A stretch of DNA of 64,000 nucleotides from an archaeon (GTDB taxonomy: Archaea; Undinarchaeota; Undinarchaeia; Undinarchaeales; JBDRKL01): assembly GCA_043814055.1 (NCBI GenBank), contig JBDRKL010000010.1, positions 20,685 to 84,684 on the forward strand, read 5' to 3'. The translations under genes were made by a program, and so were the position numbers. Numbering within the stretch: position 1 is the stretch's first letter; each line of letters opens with the position of its first letter. Below are positions 35,694 through 45,489 of this stretch, in pieces. The notes beneath the pieces were generated by a model. The model made no database searches, was not told the origin of the DNA, and saw only the letters and a list, made by a program, of their open reading frames with translations.

Positions 35694-38600
35694 CCTAAAA
35701 CCCCCACTGCTCGCAGCACTTATCATAGCCCTGCTCTTGGTAGTCCCAGCTCTTGCACTTGAGCCTGACTATGAGTCCGCTGCAGTTGGCCGCATTGTCG
35801 GCGACACCGCAACGGAGATGGCATCTGTGCTGGACTCAGGCGATTTCTCCTTCCAGCACGCCACATTTTACTCAAATAACGGTCTGCCTTACTCGCCTGC
35901 CATGGACACAAAATATGTCCTTGGCGCGTATTTCCCCTCCCAGCTCACGTCCCAAATAAACGGCTGGAGCTGGTCTGACGTCAGCAGCAGCATGTCCTCG
36001 TGGAAGAATAACGAAATGTTCATTGTTGAGGCGGACAGCATGTTCAGCAGTGGCGACTTAAAGGTTAAGGACAGCCCCTATTATGGAACTTCTTACTTAG
36101 AGGCCTCAGATGTTTCTGGCTGGAAGTCCAGTTTTAGCGCAAAAGACCCTTTGTTTGTGTTTGATGCTGAATACGCAGGCCTGTACCTGCCAAAGAGCTT
36201 TGACTCAACGGACTCTTTTGTTGGTCAGCTTGGCCAGGACTCCAGCATAATTGCCCCAACTGCTGTGCCAAGCGATGAGTTTGTCAAGTCCCTGGTGTGC
36301 TCCATGTATTATTCTGACGGTTCTCTTGGGACTGCTTTCAGGGACGCAAGGAATTCCTACTATAGGAATGCTGAGAACTATGGGGAGCTGCCTGGCCTGT
36401 CCCTGATGTCCTATGAGCTGTACGGCGACCCAAGCGCCTCATTTTCCATGCCAGGGTCGCCAAGCCCGTCTGCAGTTGACCAGTATTGTTACCCCTACAC
36501 AGAGGGCGGCACAGTAAACGTGCCAATGGAGATTGATATTACCAAGAAAGGCGCTGTAGCTGATGACGAGGTCTGGAAGGTCCAGCTGAGCGTTGGCAAC
36601 ATAAAAAATCTCAGGGTCAAGCTAAGCTGGGCGCAGACCAATGCAAACCTTGACCTGACTTTAGTTGACCCGAATGGCAAATCTTATTCCCCTAGTTCTA
36701 CAGGCTCCTCAAACGAGGAAGTCACTGTATGGAACTTCGCCAGTAACCTGCGAAACAAGCCTTGGATAGTAAAGGTAACAGGGACAAATGTCCCGAGCAG
36801 CATTGGTTATGCAAAGTTTGATGTTCTAGCCACTTCTCCTTCTGATGAATCAGGCGGCGGGGGTGGTGGAGGCGGAGGTGGCGGCGGAGGCGGTGCAGGT
36901 GGCGTAAATCTCACATCCATAAGCCTCAATTACCTCTCAGCGTGCTCCCCTGAAAATGGTCTGACTTTTGTAATCAAGGGGACAAAGGCAGGCGAGGGGG
37001 ATGAAATCATAGTAAACCCGGACCAGGCAGCAGGGGAAGCCTTGAAGTATTTCAAGACCGGTCTTGTGATACCAAATTATGCGCAGTGGATTACAATGGA
37101 CTTCAAGCCAGGGCACTTGGACTGGGACAACTGCGGAACTGTTGAAAGAGTTGACCCTATCTTCAGGCAGACTGAGGTCGCCCGCGTCATGTTCGACGCC
37201 GACGTGAAATTAAAGTTTGATGAGTTCGGCTCTGTTTCCGAGACTCTCCAAAAAGAGATGCGGCAGTATTGGATTGATGACATACAAGCAGGGCCGTATT
37301 GGAGCGAACTGTCTGCCAAAGGCTTCAATGAATTCCCTGATTACAAAAGGCGCGCATATATTCATCCAGCGGCATTTGAGGTAAATGGAAGCGGCTGTAA
37401 TATATTCATATCCGAGGCAAAGATGAATGTAACGCATGTGTTTGACTGGGTTGTCCTGGATACTGCGAGATATAGCCTAAGCCCTGAGGTACAGGCCTAT
37501 TTGGACCAGCGCCTTGAGAACTGGGAAAATGTTTTCCAGATGCGGCAGGAAACTGAGCTTGTTTCCAAGCATCTTGAGTCATTAAACAACGATCCAAAGT
37601 ATGCAGAAATGAGGCGGGTCTACACCGCATTGGCGCTTGTACAATGGTACAAACAACAGGACAGGAGCAAGATACCATTTGGAGATATCATTGACTCAAA
37701 CAACATAAGCGGCTTGGAGTCAGACCCCCTATTTGACCAGAGCTATTGGGATGCGCAGGCTTGTCAATTCATGTTCACGACTCCAATGCCATGCGGCTTC
37801 TATGGCGGAACCTGCAACTGGGACTTCGGCGGAGGGGTCTCTCTTGGCTCTGTCCCGCCGGACGTGCTCGGCGAGCTTGACGGGCAGATAAGTGAGCTGA
37901 TGTCAGAGGCAATCACTGCGCCGTATGTGCAGGAGGGGAACGATTATTATTTTGGCGGGGAGATTGTGGCAAACGAGCCTGACCTAAAGCCTGTTGGCAT
38001 GGGCTTTTCCGAGCTATCTCCTGCCACGCAGGAAACCATCAACATAACTGCGGATCTAGCCAATACAGGGCGCACTGGTTCAGCCGGATTCACAGCAAGG
38101 TTCTATGACAAGTACACGTATCCAAATGGTCATGTGGCTGCGTATTTGATTGGGGATGCTAGCGCTCCGCCGCTTGATGCAGGCGCTTCTGAAGCAGTAT
38201 CAGTCAGCTGGAGCACCGGGGATCTCCTGGGTACACATGAAATTTACGTGAAGGTAGACTACAATGGCGAGGTTGATGAATCCAATGAGCTGAACAACCT
38301 GTTAATCAAGGAACTTGCTGTGGTTGACCCTAACCCAACAGCAATGATAATGTATCCTAAAAACGGGGCTGGTTTTTCACAAGGGAGCATTGTGGCTTTA
38401 TCTGGCATAGGAAGTGATGAGCAGGACGGTTTCCTCCCAGAGTCCTCAATTGGGTGGAGCTCAAGCATTGATGGTGGGCTGGGCACAGGATTCCGCCTGG
38501 AGCTTTCCAACTTGTCAGCAGGAACTCATACTATAACCCTGACTGTAACTGACAGCACGGGATTGCGGGATTCAAAGCAGGTGGCATTAACTATCTACAA

Positions 38601-41600
38601 GCCTGATTATCCCCGGGTTTTATTGAGCTCGCCAACAGAAGGGCAGAAGTTTGCAGAGGGTGAGCTAGTATATTTCACTGGCTCTGCTTTTGACCCTGAG
38701 GACGGCGTACTGCCTGATTCTTCACTTGCCTGGAGCTCCAGCATTGATGGCGAATTAGGAACGGGAAAATCAATAATGAGTACAGGCCTGTCAGTTGGTA
38801 CTCACATCATAACTCTCTCAGCCACGGACAGTAGCAGCTTAACATCAACTGCTAACACCAGCATAGTGGTAGAGGAAGGCAGCCCGGTTGCAAGCATTGC
38901 CTCTCCTGCGAGCGGCAACAAGTACTTTCAGGAGAAAGACATATCATTCAACGGCTCTGGCTCTGACCTGCAGGACGGCTCACTGCCAGGAAGCTCCCTT
39001 TCATGGTTATCCAGTAGTGACGGATATCTTGGTCTGGGAGCTACAATCTCCAAAGCTCTGACAAGCGGCACGCATGTAATCACACTCACTGCCACTGACA
39101 GCCACGGCCTTACTGGCACAAGCCAGGCAACCATCGAGGTGCTCCCGCCTGGCTACGCATACTCCTCTATAATGTCGCCGCGCAGCGGACAGGAGTTCAT
39201 ACATGGAAGCACTATAACATTCACAGCAAGCGGAGAGGGTGCGCAGGGGTCTTTACCAAGTTCTGCATTCGCATGGTCCTCAAGCATTGACGGCGCGATT
39301 GGAACAGGCAATTCATTTAATTTTGACTCAACCACCCTGAGCGTGGGAGAGCATGAGATAACGCTCACGGTCAACAGCAGTGGCGGACTGGTTAGCGCGC
39401 TGAAGACTGACATAAATATAACCCCTGCGCCGCCGGTCGCAAGCATTGTATCGCCATCAGCCGGTCAGGCATTTGCTGCAGGCGAAGATACCATATTATT
39501 CAACGGGTCAGCAGTTGACCTAGAAGACGGCGTTCTTGGCGGGGATTCACTCGTATGGTCCTCAAGCATTGAGGGGGGAATTGGGACCGGCGCCTTGTTC
39601 AACAGGACTAACCTGTCCGTAGGGACGCACAAAATAACGCTCACAGCCACTGACAGCGATGGAAAACAAGGCACCGCAGAAGCCAATGTTGTTGTGGTTG
39701 GAATTGGTGAAGCAACGCTAATCATATTCTCCGACGGCTCTGCAGTGAAGAACTTTACATTCTCATCAGCTGGGAGCCAGGTCGCTTCTTTGAAGATCCC
39801 GAAAGAGGGGGATGTAACTTATGCAACAGTGCAGATTGAGGGCAAAACTGCTGGGGGCTATTATGGCGGAGGGAGCCCCAACTTAGTTTCTTACTTTAAA
39901 TTTGAGGAGAGCTCTGGGCAAACCGCAATTGACAGCAGCACCTACCAGAATCATGGGCAGCTTGGATCTACAAATGGGACAGATTCCAGCGATCCAACTC
40001 GGGTAAACGGTCTTATTGGAAAAGCGCTGGAATTTGACAGGTCTGATGATTTCGTCAGTGTGCCTGATGATGACTCACTTGATTTCGGGACAGGAAGCTT
40101 TACTGTAGAGTTCTGGATGAAGCACAATACAATTGTCAGGTCCAGCGAAGCCGGGGACGAGGAGTATGCAGTCATCAAGATGAATTTCGGCAACCACGAG
40201 GGCTTTTATATCAGGATGGACCCGTACCAAAGCACAGCAGGTCAATTGGTTTTTCGAGTCAGGGATACCATACCCAGTACCACAGATCTCCATTCTCAGG
40301 TAGCACTTGACGACAATAAGTGGCATTATATCGCCTGTGTCAAAAATGGCACTTCATCACAGAAGATATACGTGGACGGGGTGGAGAAAGCCTCAGGTAC
40401 GCCACCGGCTGGCAGCACATCCCACAATCAGGATTTGTTCATCGGAAGCAGCCTCCAAGCCAACAGGGTTTGGGGTGGAATTATTGATGAGGTCCGCATA
40501 TCTAATGTAGCCCTGAGCGCTTCTGAGATTAGCGGGCATTATGCCCATGCTGTAAATTGGATTGGCTACTGGAATTTTGACGAGGGGAGCGGACAAATCG
40601 TGGGAGACAAGAGCAACAACAATCATAATGGAATGCTGGGGGCTTCAGAGAATATTGATAACGATGATCCTTTATGGGTGGGTGGGATTTCAGAAAGTGC
40701 ATTGGAATTCGACGGAAACAATGATATTGCTAAAATTTCAGCCGGAACCTGGGATGATTTTGGCAGCAATAGTTTTACAGTAGGATTCTGGGCAAAAACA
40801 AACGAATTATTTACAGACAGTATACATCTCTTGGTCCATAATATGCAGTATTCAGGGGGTCCAAATGCCCTTGGCTGGGACATTGGCATCCTAAAGAATG
40901 GGAGCGTGCTTTTGGATATCCGTGATGGGCACGACGAAGCCCAGGCGTATTCAAATTCAGTGATCAGTGATGGGACATGGCATTATATTGTTGGCGTTCG
41001 AGATGGGTCTTCTATAAAAATATATATTGATGGGAAAAAAGAAGCCACATCGGATTGTTCCAATGTAGACTCAACCAGCAATAGTGACCCCATAAGAATA
41101 GGGGGCAGATACCCGTCTGAAAGCTATTACTTCTATAAAGGTGCTATAGACGAAGTTATGCTTTGGGACTATGCGCTTTCTGATGTGGAAATCCAAGAGC
41201 TATATCCTGGCTCCTCTTTATCATACCCGTTAAACCCCAGCCTGGACGCTGGCTCGGACGGCAATTCTGAGTGGAGCTATGCAGGAGCTTTTGGTGCAAA
41301 GGAAACAACGCAGGACTTTCATAGCGAACTGAACGAGCACCTGCTGGCGTGCACGCCTGTAAACAACATGTGTACAATCCCACTAAAAGTGTCTTCCAAA
41401 TCGGCAGGCATCCTGGAGCTTTCCAACATCAGTATCCAATATTCTATAGTAGACAAGTATCCGCCTGTAATCCACAGCATAGTCATCATACAGAACACCT
41501 ACAAGCCAGGCGAGCTGCTAAAGATTAAGGCCAATGTGTCAGACAACGTTGAAGTGCAGCGGGTTGAGACGGCGCTCAGCAATTCAATAGTACAATTGGC

Positions 41601-44600
41601 TTATAATGAGGTGACTGGGCTGTATGAGGGCAACATGACCGCGCCGCAAAGCGGAAATTACATTGCCAACATAACTGCATTTGACTCTGTCGGGCTGAGC
41701 AGCCAGGCCAATATTTCCATAGAGATAAACTCAGTTAAGCCGGACCTGAGCATAAGCCCGGGCGATATCGTGTACGCGCCGGCTGAGCCAAAGGACGGCA
41801 GTATTGTTGTTGTAAATGCCACGATTTACAACTTCGGCGAGACTGCAGCAAATAACTTTGGGCTGGAGCTGCTCATTGACGGGGTTTCAAGCGAGGCAAA
41901 AATTATTTCAGTCCCAGCAATGTCTGCCACGATGGTGCAATTTGAGTGGGCTGCTGCCTACGGTCAGCACGAAGTTAAAGTGCGCGCTGACTACACCAAT
42001 GCCCTAGATGAGTGGGATGAGTCAAATAATGAGGCTGGGTTCACCTTAACTGTGATAGACGCTGTGCCTCCAACAATACACAGCATATCGGTTGAGCCTA
42101 TGATAGTGCATGAGGGGGACATTGTCTATGTCAGTGCCAATGTTACTGACAACGTTGAAGTGAAGCAGGTCAAGGCAGAAGTTGGCACTGCCAGCAAGGT
42201 ACTTATGTATAACAACGAGTCTGGGCTATATGAGGGCACGATAACAGCGCCTTTTAAGGGATTCTACCATGTCGTGGTTACTGCAACTGACAGGGATGGC
42301 CTGGTAAGCTCCAGGCAGGCAGGGCTCAATGTGAATAGCAATAAGATAGACCTTGTAGTGGGCACTGCTGACATCGCCTTCCTCCCAGCAAGCCCGAGAG
42401 ATGGTGAGTTTGTTAATATTAAGGCGACCATCCACAATACTGGTGCTGCAGACGCAGACAACTTTATAGCAGAGTTCCTGGTTGATGGCAATTCGCATGA
42501 AACTGTCAATGTTTCTGTTCCAGCAAAATCCCAGGCACTGGCAGAATTCACCTGGGTTGCCAGCTATGGCACGCACACGCTTTCAATCAATGCAGATTCA
42601 GAAAATATCATTGCAGAGGTTAATGAAACCAATAACCTGGCTGGGAAGGTTCTGCTGGTTCCGGATACTATTCCGCCGACAATAGAGAGCATAACCAATA
42701 GCCCCGAAATAGTCCACGAGAGCAACCTTGTCACAATAGAAGCTGTTGTTACAGATAACCGCGGCATAGATGTGGTAATTGCAGAATTAAATGGTGCAAA
42801 CATAAGTCTTTCGCCTGATTCAGGCGCATATACAGGTGTGCTAACCGCTCCTGCTGAAGGGAAATATAACGTCAAGGTAACTGCTTTTGATGACAGCAGC
42901 TTGTCCAGCACGCGGCAGGAGCCGCTTGCTGTGCATAGCATTAAGCCGGATATCCAGATAAGAGAGGAAAATGTCACCTTTGTCCCAGAGAATCCTGTTG
43001 ATGAGTCTGTGCTGAGGATAAGCGTTGTGCTGTATAACACAGGTGCAAGCAGCACGGGCAGTTTTGAGGCAGGGCTTATTATAGATAACAAGGCAGTGCA
43101 AAGCAATACTATTTCAGTGGAAGCAGGTTCTAATGTGAGCACAGAATTTTCTTGGAATGCCACTTATGGCAACCACACCCTGAAGATAAAGGCAGACACC
43201 AAGAATGATGTAGCTGAGATAAATGAGTCAAATAACGAGTACACAAAAGAACTATTTATCCCTGACATTACCCCGCCGGACTCTCCAGTGGTTAGCGCAG
43301 ACCCCAGCAGCTGGGCCGCAGACAGCACGCACAAAATATCCTGGGGCAAGATACAAGACCGCAACGGCATAGACCGCTATGAGTACCAGATTGATTATGG
43401 TGAGTGGCATAGTGTCGGGGCTTCTGATAGTTTCAAGACACCAGAGCAGGCAGAGGGAATCCATACTATTTATGTCAGGGCAGTTGATGGGGCCGGCTTG
43501 GCCGGCAAGCCCGGGAATACCAGCATTTACATAGACCAGAGCGCGCCAAACACACCTGTTACAAAGGAATGGCACAGCGGGAAAAGCTGGAGCGCACACG
43601 ATACGCCCTATTACGCTTGGTCTGACCCAGGGGATTTAGGAAGCGGAGTAGCCAGCTATTTGGTAAGTGTTGACAACCAAACGCCAGTCAGCGTAGGGAA
43701 TACGTCCTACCACCCAACATTAGGAACCGGTATGCATACTTTCAAAGTCAAGGCAGTTGATGCGCTTGGGCATGAAAGCGCTTGGTCTGATATAATAACA
43801 GTTTATATAGACACAACATCACCGAGGGTACTAGATGTGGGCTCTCCAACCCACCCGGATCAAGAAACAGTCTACATGGATAATATGCCTTACTTCAATT
43901 GGACTGAACCAAGTGACAACTCAGGAATTTATGGCTATTACTATCTTATAGACAATCTTGAGGGCACAATCCCAACTGAACTGTACTCCTGGGCTCCTGA
44001 ACCTTTTGTAAACTTTACAGGATTTGGCAATCAGGTATATTCAGGCGCAACAAAGAAAGAGATGGGCTTGCCTGATGGCACATGGTACTTCCATGTAAGG
44101 GCAATAGACGTGGTTGGAAATCTTGGGGCAGCCACTCACTACAAGGTAAACATCCTGACGAACGACCCGCCTGAGATTACTTTGTTGCAGCCAAATGGCG
44201 GTGAAATGTGGAGTGGGGTGAAAGAGATAGCTTGGAACGCTTCTGACCCTGATGGTAATTTGCTTGAGTTTAGCGTTTCATACAGCACGGATGGGCTCGT
44301 TTATACCGAGATTGGTAACACAACTGAATTAAGTTATGGGTGGGACACTTCCACAGTAGAGGATATAGACACCTACACGATAAAAGTCGTTGCGAGCGAT
44401 GGCAATGCAACTAGCGAAGACACTTCCGATATAAACTTCCTGATAGACAACACCAAGCCGGAAACAACAGACAATCACGACGAAGCGTGGCACACCCAGG
44501 AGGTAACAATAGAACTGGATGCAAACGATTCTTTCTCTGGTATTGCCGATACCTATTACATCATATACCAGGATGAAACGCCGCAGGAAACAAAGACAGT

Positions 44601-45366
44601 TAGCAGTGATGGCCAGCCGGTTGTGTCTTATGAGGATGATGACAACTGGGTTGAGTACTGGAGCATGGACAAAGCAGGGAACGAAGAGGGGCACAAGTTC
44701 GCCAAGAATATCAAACTCGACAAAACCGCACCCAGCGTGAACATCTGGCTCGACCCAGCTCAAGAAGAGTACCCGAACACAGAACCACTCCCAGTACAAC
44801 ACTCAGCAACAGACCCGCAAGTCCAAGGCACGCCAAGCGGCATCGTGCAGACAACCTTTGACATAGACAGCACTCAGATTGAAGACCCAGCGAACATCTA
44901 CAACTGGCTCGGAACACACACAATAACACTGACAGCGACAGACATCGCAGGGAACATCAACGCTGCGCAGGTAGGATTCAACGTATACCTGCAGCTAATT
45001 GGCGAGGGACAAATAAAAATAACGCCAGAAGTTCTGAAAGTCAACCCAGGACTTCTAACCGCGCACACAACATTCCCAGAACCATACACAGGAGCTGAAA
45101 TACTCAGCGCAACCTGCGACTACGCCACACACGACCAAATCGCAGACACGAACATCAAATTCAGACGCGAGGATGTTGAAACGGCGCTTGCTACGCGGGG
45201 AGAGGTACTTGACACACACTTTGAAGTAGAAGGAACATTTGAGCACAATGACAATGTCTACAAGTTCAAGGGAAGCGATGATATAAGTAAAATAGTCAGT
45301 GCGGAAGAAACTGAGACTGGAGAAATAGCCAGTGAAGAAGGAATAGGGGAAGAGGCGATACAATAG
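35683..45366 (+). CDS. giant (3227-aa) secreted multidomain surface protein
   Basis: Signal peptide. The N-terminal domain ends in YELYGDPS. A PPC-like block (NLDLTLVDPNGK) and a run of about 14 Gly follow. Then come CARDB-like modules, 5 Ig-like repeats, 2 LamG/ConA-like domains and alternating Ig/CARDB pairs. The C-terminal part has Fn3-like modules and an acidic tail. Confidence 0.85.
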   Translation: MNSNLKPPLLAALIIALLLVVPALALEPDYESAAVGRIVGDTATEMASVLDSGDFSFQHATFYSNNGLPYSPAMDTKYVLGAYFPSQLTSQINGWSWSDVSSSMSSWKNNEMFIVEADSMFSSGDLKVKDSPYYGTSYLEASDVSGWKSSFSAKDPLFVFDAEYAGLYLPKSFDSTDSFVGQLGQDSSIIAPTAVPSDEFVKSLVCSMYYSDGSLGTAFRDARNSYYRNAENYGELPGLSLMSYELYGDPSASFSMPGSPSPSAVDQYCYPYTEGGTVNVPMEIDITKKGAVADDEVWKVQLSVGNIKNLRVKLSWAQTNANLDLTLVDPNGKSYSPSSTGSSNEEVTVWNFASNLRNKPWIVKVTGTNVPSSIGYAKFDVLATSPSDESGGGGGGGGGGGGGGAGGVNLTSISLNYLSACSPENGLTFVIKGTKAGEGDEIIVNPDQAAGEALKYFKTGLVIPNYAQWITMDFKPGHLDWDNCGTVERVDPIFRQTEVARVMFDADVKLKFDEFGSVSETLQKEMRQYWIDDIQAGPYWSELSAKGFNEFPDYKRRAYIHPAAFEVNGSGCNIFISEAKMNVTHVFDWVVLDTARYSLSPEVQAYLDQRLENWENVFQMRQETELVSKHLESLNNDPKYAEMRRVYTALALVQWYKQQDRSKIPFGDIIDSNNISGLESDPLFDQSYWDAQACQFMFTTPMPCGFYGGTCNWDFGGGVSLGSVPPDVLGELDGQISELMSEAITAPYVQEGNDYYFGGEIVANEPDLKPVGMGFSELSPATQETINITADLANTGRTGSAGFTARFYDKYTYPNGHVAAYLIGDASAPPLDAGASEAVSVSWSTGDLLGTHEIYVKVDYNGEVDESNELNNLLIKELAVVDPNPTAMIMYPKNGAGFSQGSIVALSGIGSDEQDGFLPESSIGWSSSIDGGLGTGFRLELSNLSAGTHTITLTVTDSTGLRDSKQVALTIYKPDYPRVLLSSPTEGQKFAEGELVYFTGSAFDPEDGVLPDSSLAWSSSIDGELGTGKSIMSTGLSVGTHIITLSATDSSSLTSTANTSIVVEEGSPVASIASPASGNKYFQEKDISFNGSGSDLQDGSLPGSSLSWLSSSDGYLGLGATISKALTSGTHVITLTATDSHGLTGTSQATIEVLPPGYAYSSIMSPRSGQEFIHGSTITFTASGEGAQGSLPSSAFAWSSSIDGAIGTGNSFNFDSTTLSVGEHEITLTVNSSGGLVSALKTDINITPAPPVASIVSPSAGQAFAAGEDTILFNGSAVDLEDGVLGGDSLVWSSSIEGGIGTGALFNRTNLSVGTHKITLTATDSDGKQGTAEANVVVVGIGEATLIIFSDGSAVKNFTFSSAGSQVASLKIPKEGDVTYATVQIEGKTAGGYYGGGSPNLVSYFKFEESSGQTAIDSSTYQNHGQLGSTNGTDSSDPTRVNGLIGKALEFDRSDDFVSVPDDDSLDFGTGSFTVEFWMKHNTIVRSSEAGDEEYAVIKMNFGNHEGFYIRMDPYQSTAGQLVFRVRDTIPSTTDLHSQVALDDNKWHYIACVKNGTSSQKIYVDGVEKASGTPPAGSTSHNQDLFIGSSLQANRVWGGIIDEVRISNVALSASEISGHYAHAVNWIGYWNFDEGSGQIVGDKSNNNHNGMLGASENIDNDDPLWVGGISESALEFDGNNDIAKISAGTWDDFGSNSFTVGFWAKTNELFTDSIHLLVHNMQYSGGPNALGWDIGILKNGSVLLDIRDGHDEAQAYSNSVISDGTWHYIVGVRDGSSIKIYIDGKKEATSDCSNVDSTSNSDPIRIGGRYPSESYYFYKGAIDEVMLWDYALSDVEIQELYPGSSLSYPLNPSLDAGSDGNSEWSYAGAFGAKETTQDFHSELNEHLLACTPVNNMCTIPLKVSSKSAGILELSNISIQYSIVDKYPPVIHSIVIIQNTYKPGELLKIKANVSDNVEVQRVETALSNSIVQLAYNEVTGLYEGNMTAPQSGNYIANITAFDSVGLSSQANISIEINSVKPDLSISPGDIVYAPAEPKDGSIVVVNATIYNFGETAANNFGLELLIDGVSSEAKIISVPAMSATMVQFEWAAAYGQHEVKVRADYTNALDEWDESNNEAGFTLTVIDAVPPTIHSISVEPMIVHEGDIVYVSANVTDNVEVKQVKAEVGTASKVLMYNNESGLYEGTITAPFKGFYHVVVTATDRDGLVSSRQAGLNVNSNKIDLVVGTADIAFLPASPRDGEFVNIKATIHNTGAADADNFIAEFLVDGNSHETVNVSVPAKSQALAEFTWVASYGTHTLSINADSENIIAEVNETNNLAGKVLLVPDTIPPTIESITNSPEIVHESNLVTIEAVVTDNRGIDVVIAELNGANISLSPDSGAYTGVLTAPAEGKYNVKVTAFDDSSLSSTRQEPLAVHSIKPDIQIREENVTFVPENPVDESVLRISVVLYNTGASSTGSFEAGLIIDNKAVQSNTISVEAGSNVSTEFSWNATYGNHTLKIKADTKNDVAEINESNNEYTKELFIPDITPPDSPVVSADPSSWAADSTHKISWGKIQDRNGIDRYEYQIDYGEWHSVGASDSFKTPEQAEGIHTIYVRAVDGAGLAGKPGNTSIYIDQSAPNTPVTKEWHSGKSWSAHDTPYYAWSDPGDLGSGVASYLVSVDNQTPVSVGNTSYHPTLGTGMHTFKVKAVDALGHESAWSDIITVYIDTTSPRVLDVGSPTHPDQETVYMDNMPYFNWTEPSDNSGIYGYYYLIDNLEGTIPTELYSWAPEPFVNFTGFGNQVYSGATKKEMGLPDGTWYFHVRAIDVVGNLGAATHYKVNILTNDPPEITLLQPNGGEMWSGVKEIAWNASDPDGNLLEFSVSYSTDGLVYTEIGNTTELSYGWDTSTVEDIDTYTIKVVASDGNATSEDTSDINFLIDNTKPETTDNHDEAWHTQEVTIELDANDSFSGIADTYYIIYQDETPQETKTVSSDGQPVVSYEDDDNWVEYWSMDKAGNEEGHKFAKNIKLDKTAPSVNIWLDPAQEEYPNTEPLPVQHSATDPQVQGTPSGIVQTTFDIDSTQIEDPANIYNWLGTHTITLTATDIAGNINAAQVGFNVYLQLIGEGQIKITPEVLKVNPGLLTAHTTFPEPYTGAEILSATCDYATHDQIADTNIKFRREDVETALATRGEVLDTHFEVEGTFEHNDNVYKFKGSDDISKIVSAEETETGEIASEEGIGEEAIQ
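38326..39705 (+). repeat. five tandem ~92-aa Ig-like repeats inside the giant gene
   Basis: Recurrent pattern P..G..F..G..I.F.G...D.(E/Q)DG.LP.SSL.WSSSIDG.LGTG...L..GTH.ITLTATDS.GL. Confidence 0.8.
39880..41215 (+). other. two LamG/concanavalin-A-like lectin domains inside the giant gene
   Basis: The paired starts are LVSYFKFEESSGQTAIDSS..NHGQL and IGYWNFDEGSGQIVGDKS..HNGML. Each is followed by ALEFDG..D, FT(V/E)FW(A/M)K, WH(Y)I..V..G and IDEV..(S/W) blocks. Confidence 0.75.
41455..43260 (+). repeat. three tandem [Ig-like + CARDB-like] module pairs inside the giant gene
   Basis: PP(V/T)I(H/E)SI...TDNV(E/G)V...G.YEG..TAP followed by KPDL.(I/V)....I.(F/Y).P..P.DG....(I/V).A.I.N.G...A.NF........ESNNE, repeated three times. 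Confidence 0.75.
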
Positions 45367-45489
45367 CTTAGACTAGTGGGTTTTGCGGGACTACCCTAAA
45401 GTGGCAGATTGTTCAGGCATTCCGTCCTTTCCGTGAACGCTGTTAAAAAATCTTTATAAAGGTGGAACTACACTTTTATTTAGATAAAG

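Noticed and set aside
35683-36480. Active C25/gingipain-type protease domain at the N-terminus of the giant protein.
   Set aside because: Only the terminal LYGDP-like motif and general layout are reminiscent. No catalytic His/Cys dyad could be identified by eye, so it is left as 'reminiscent of' in the evidence.
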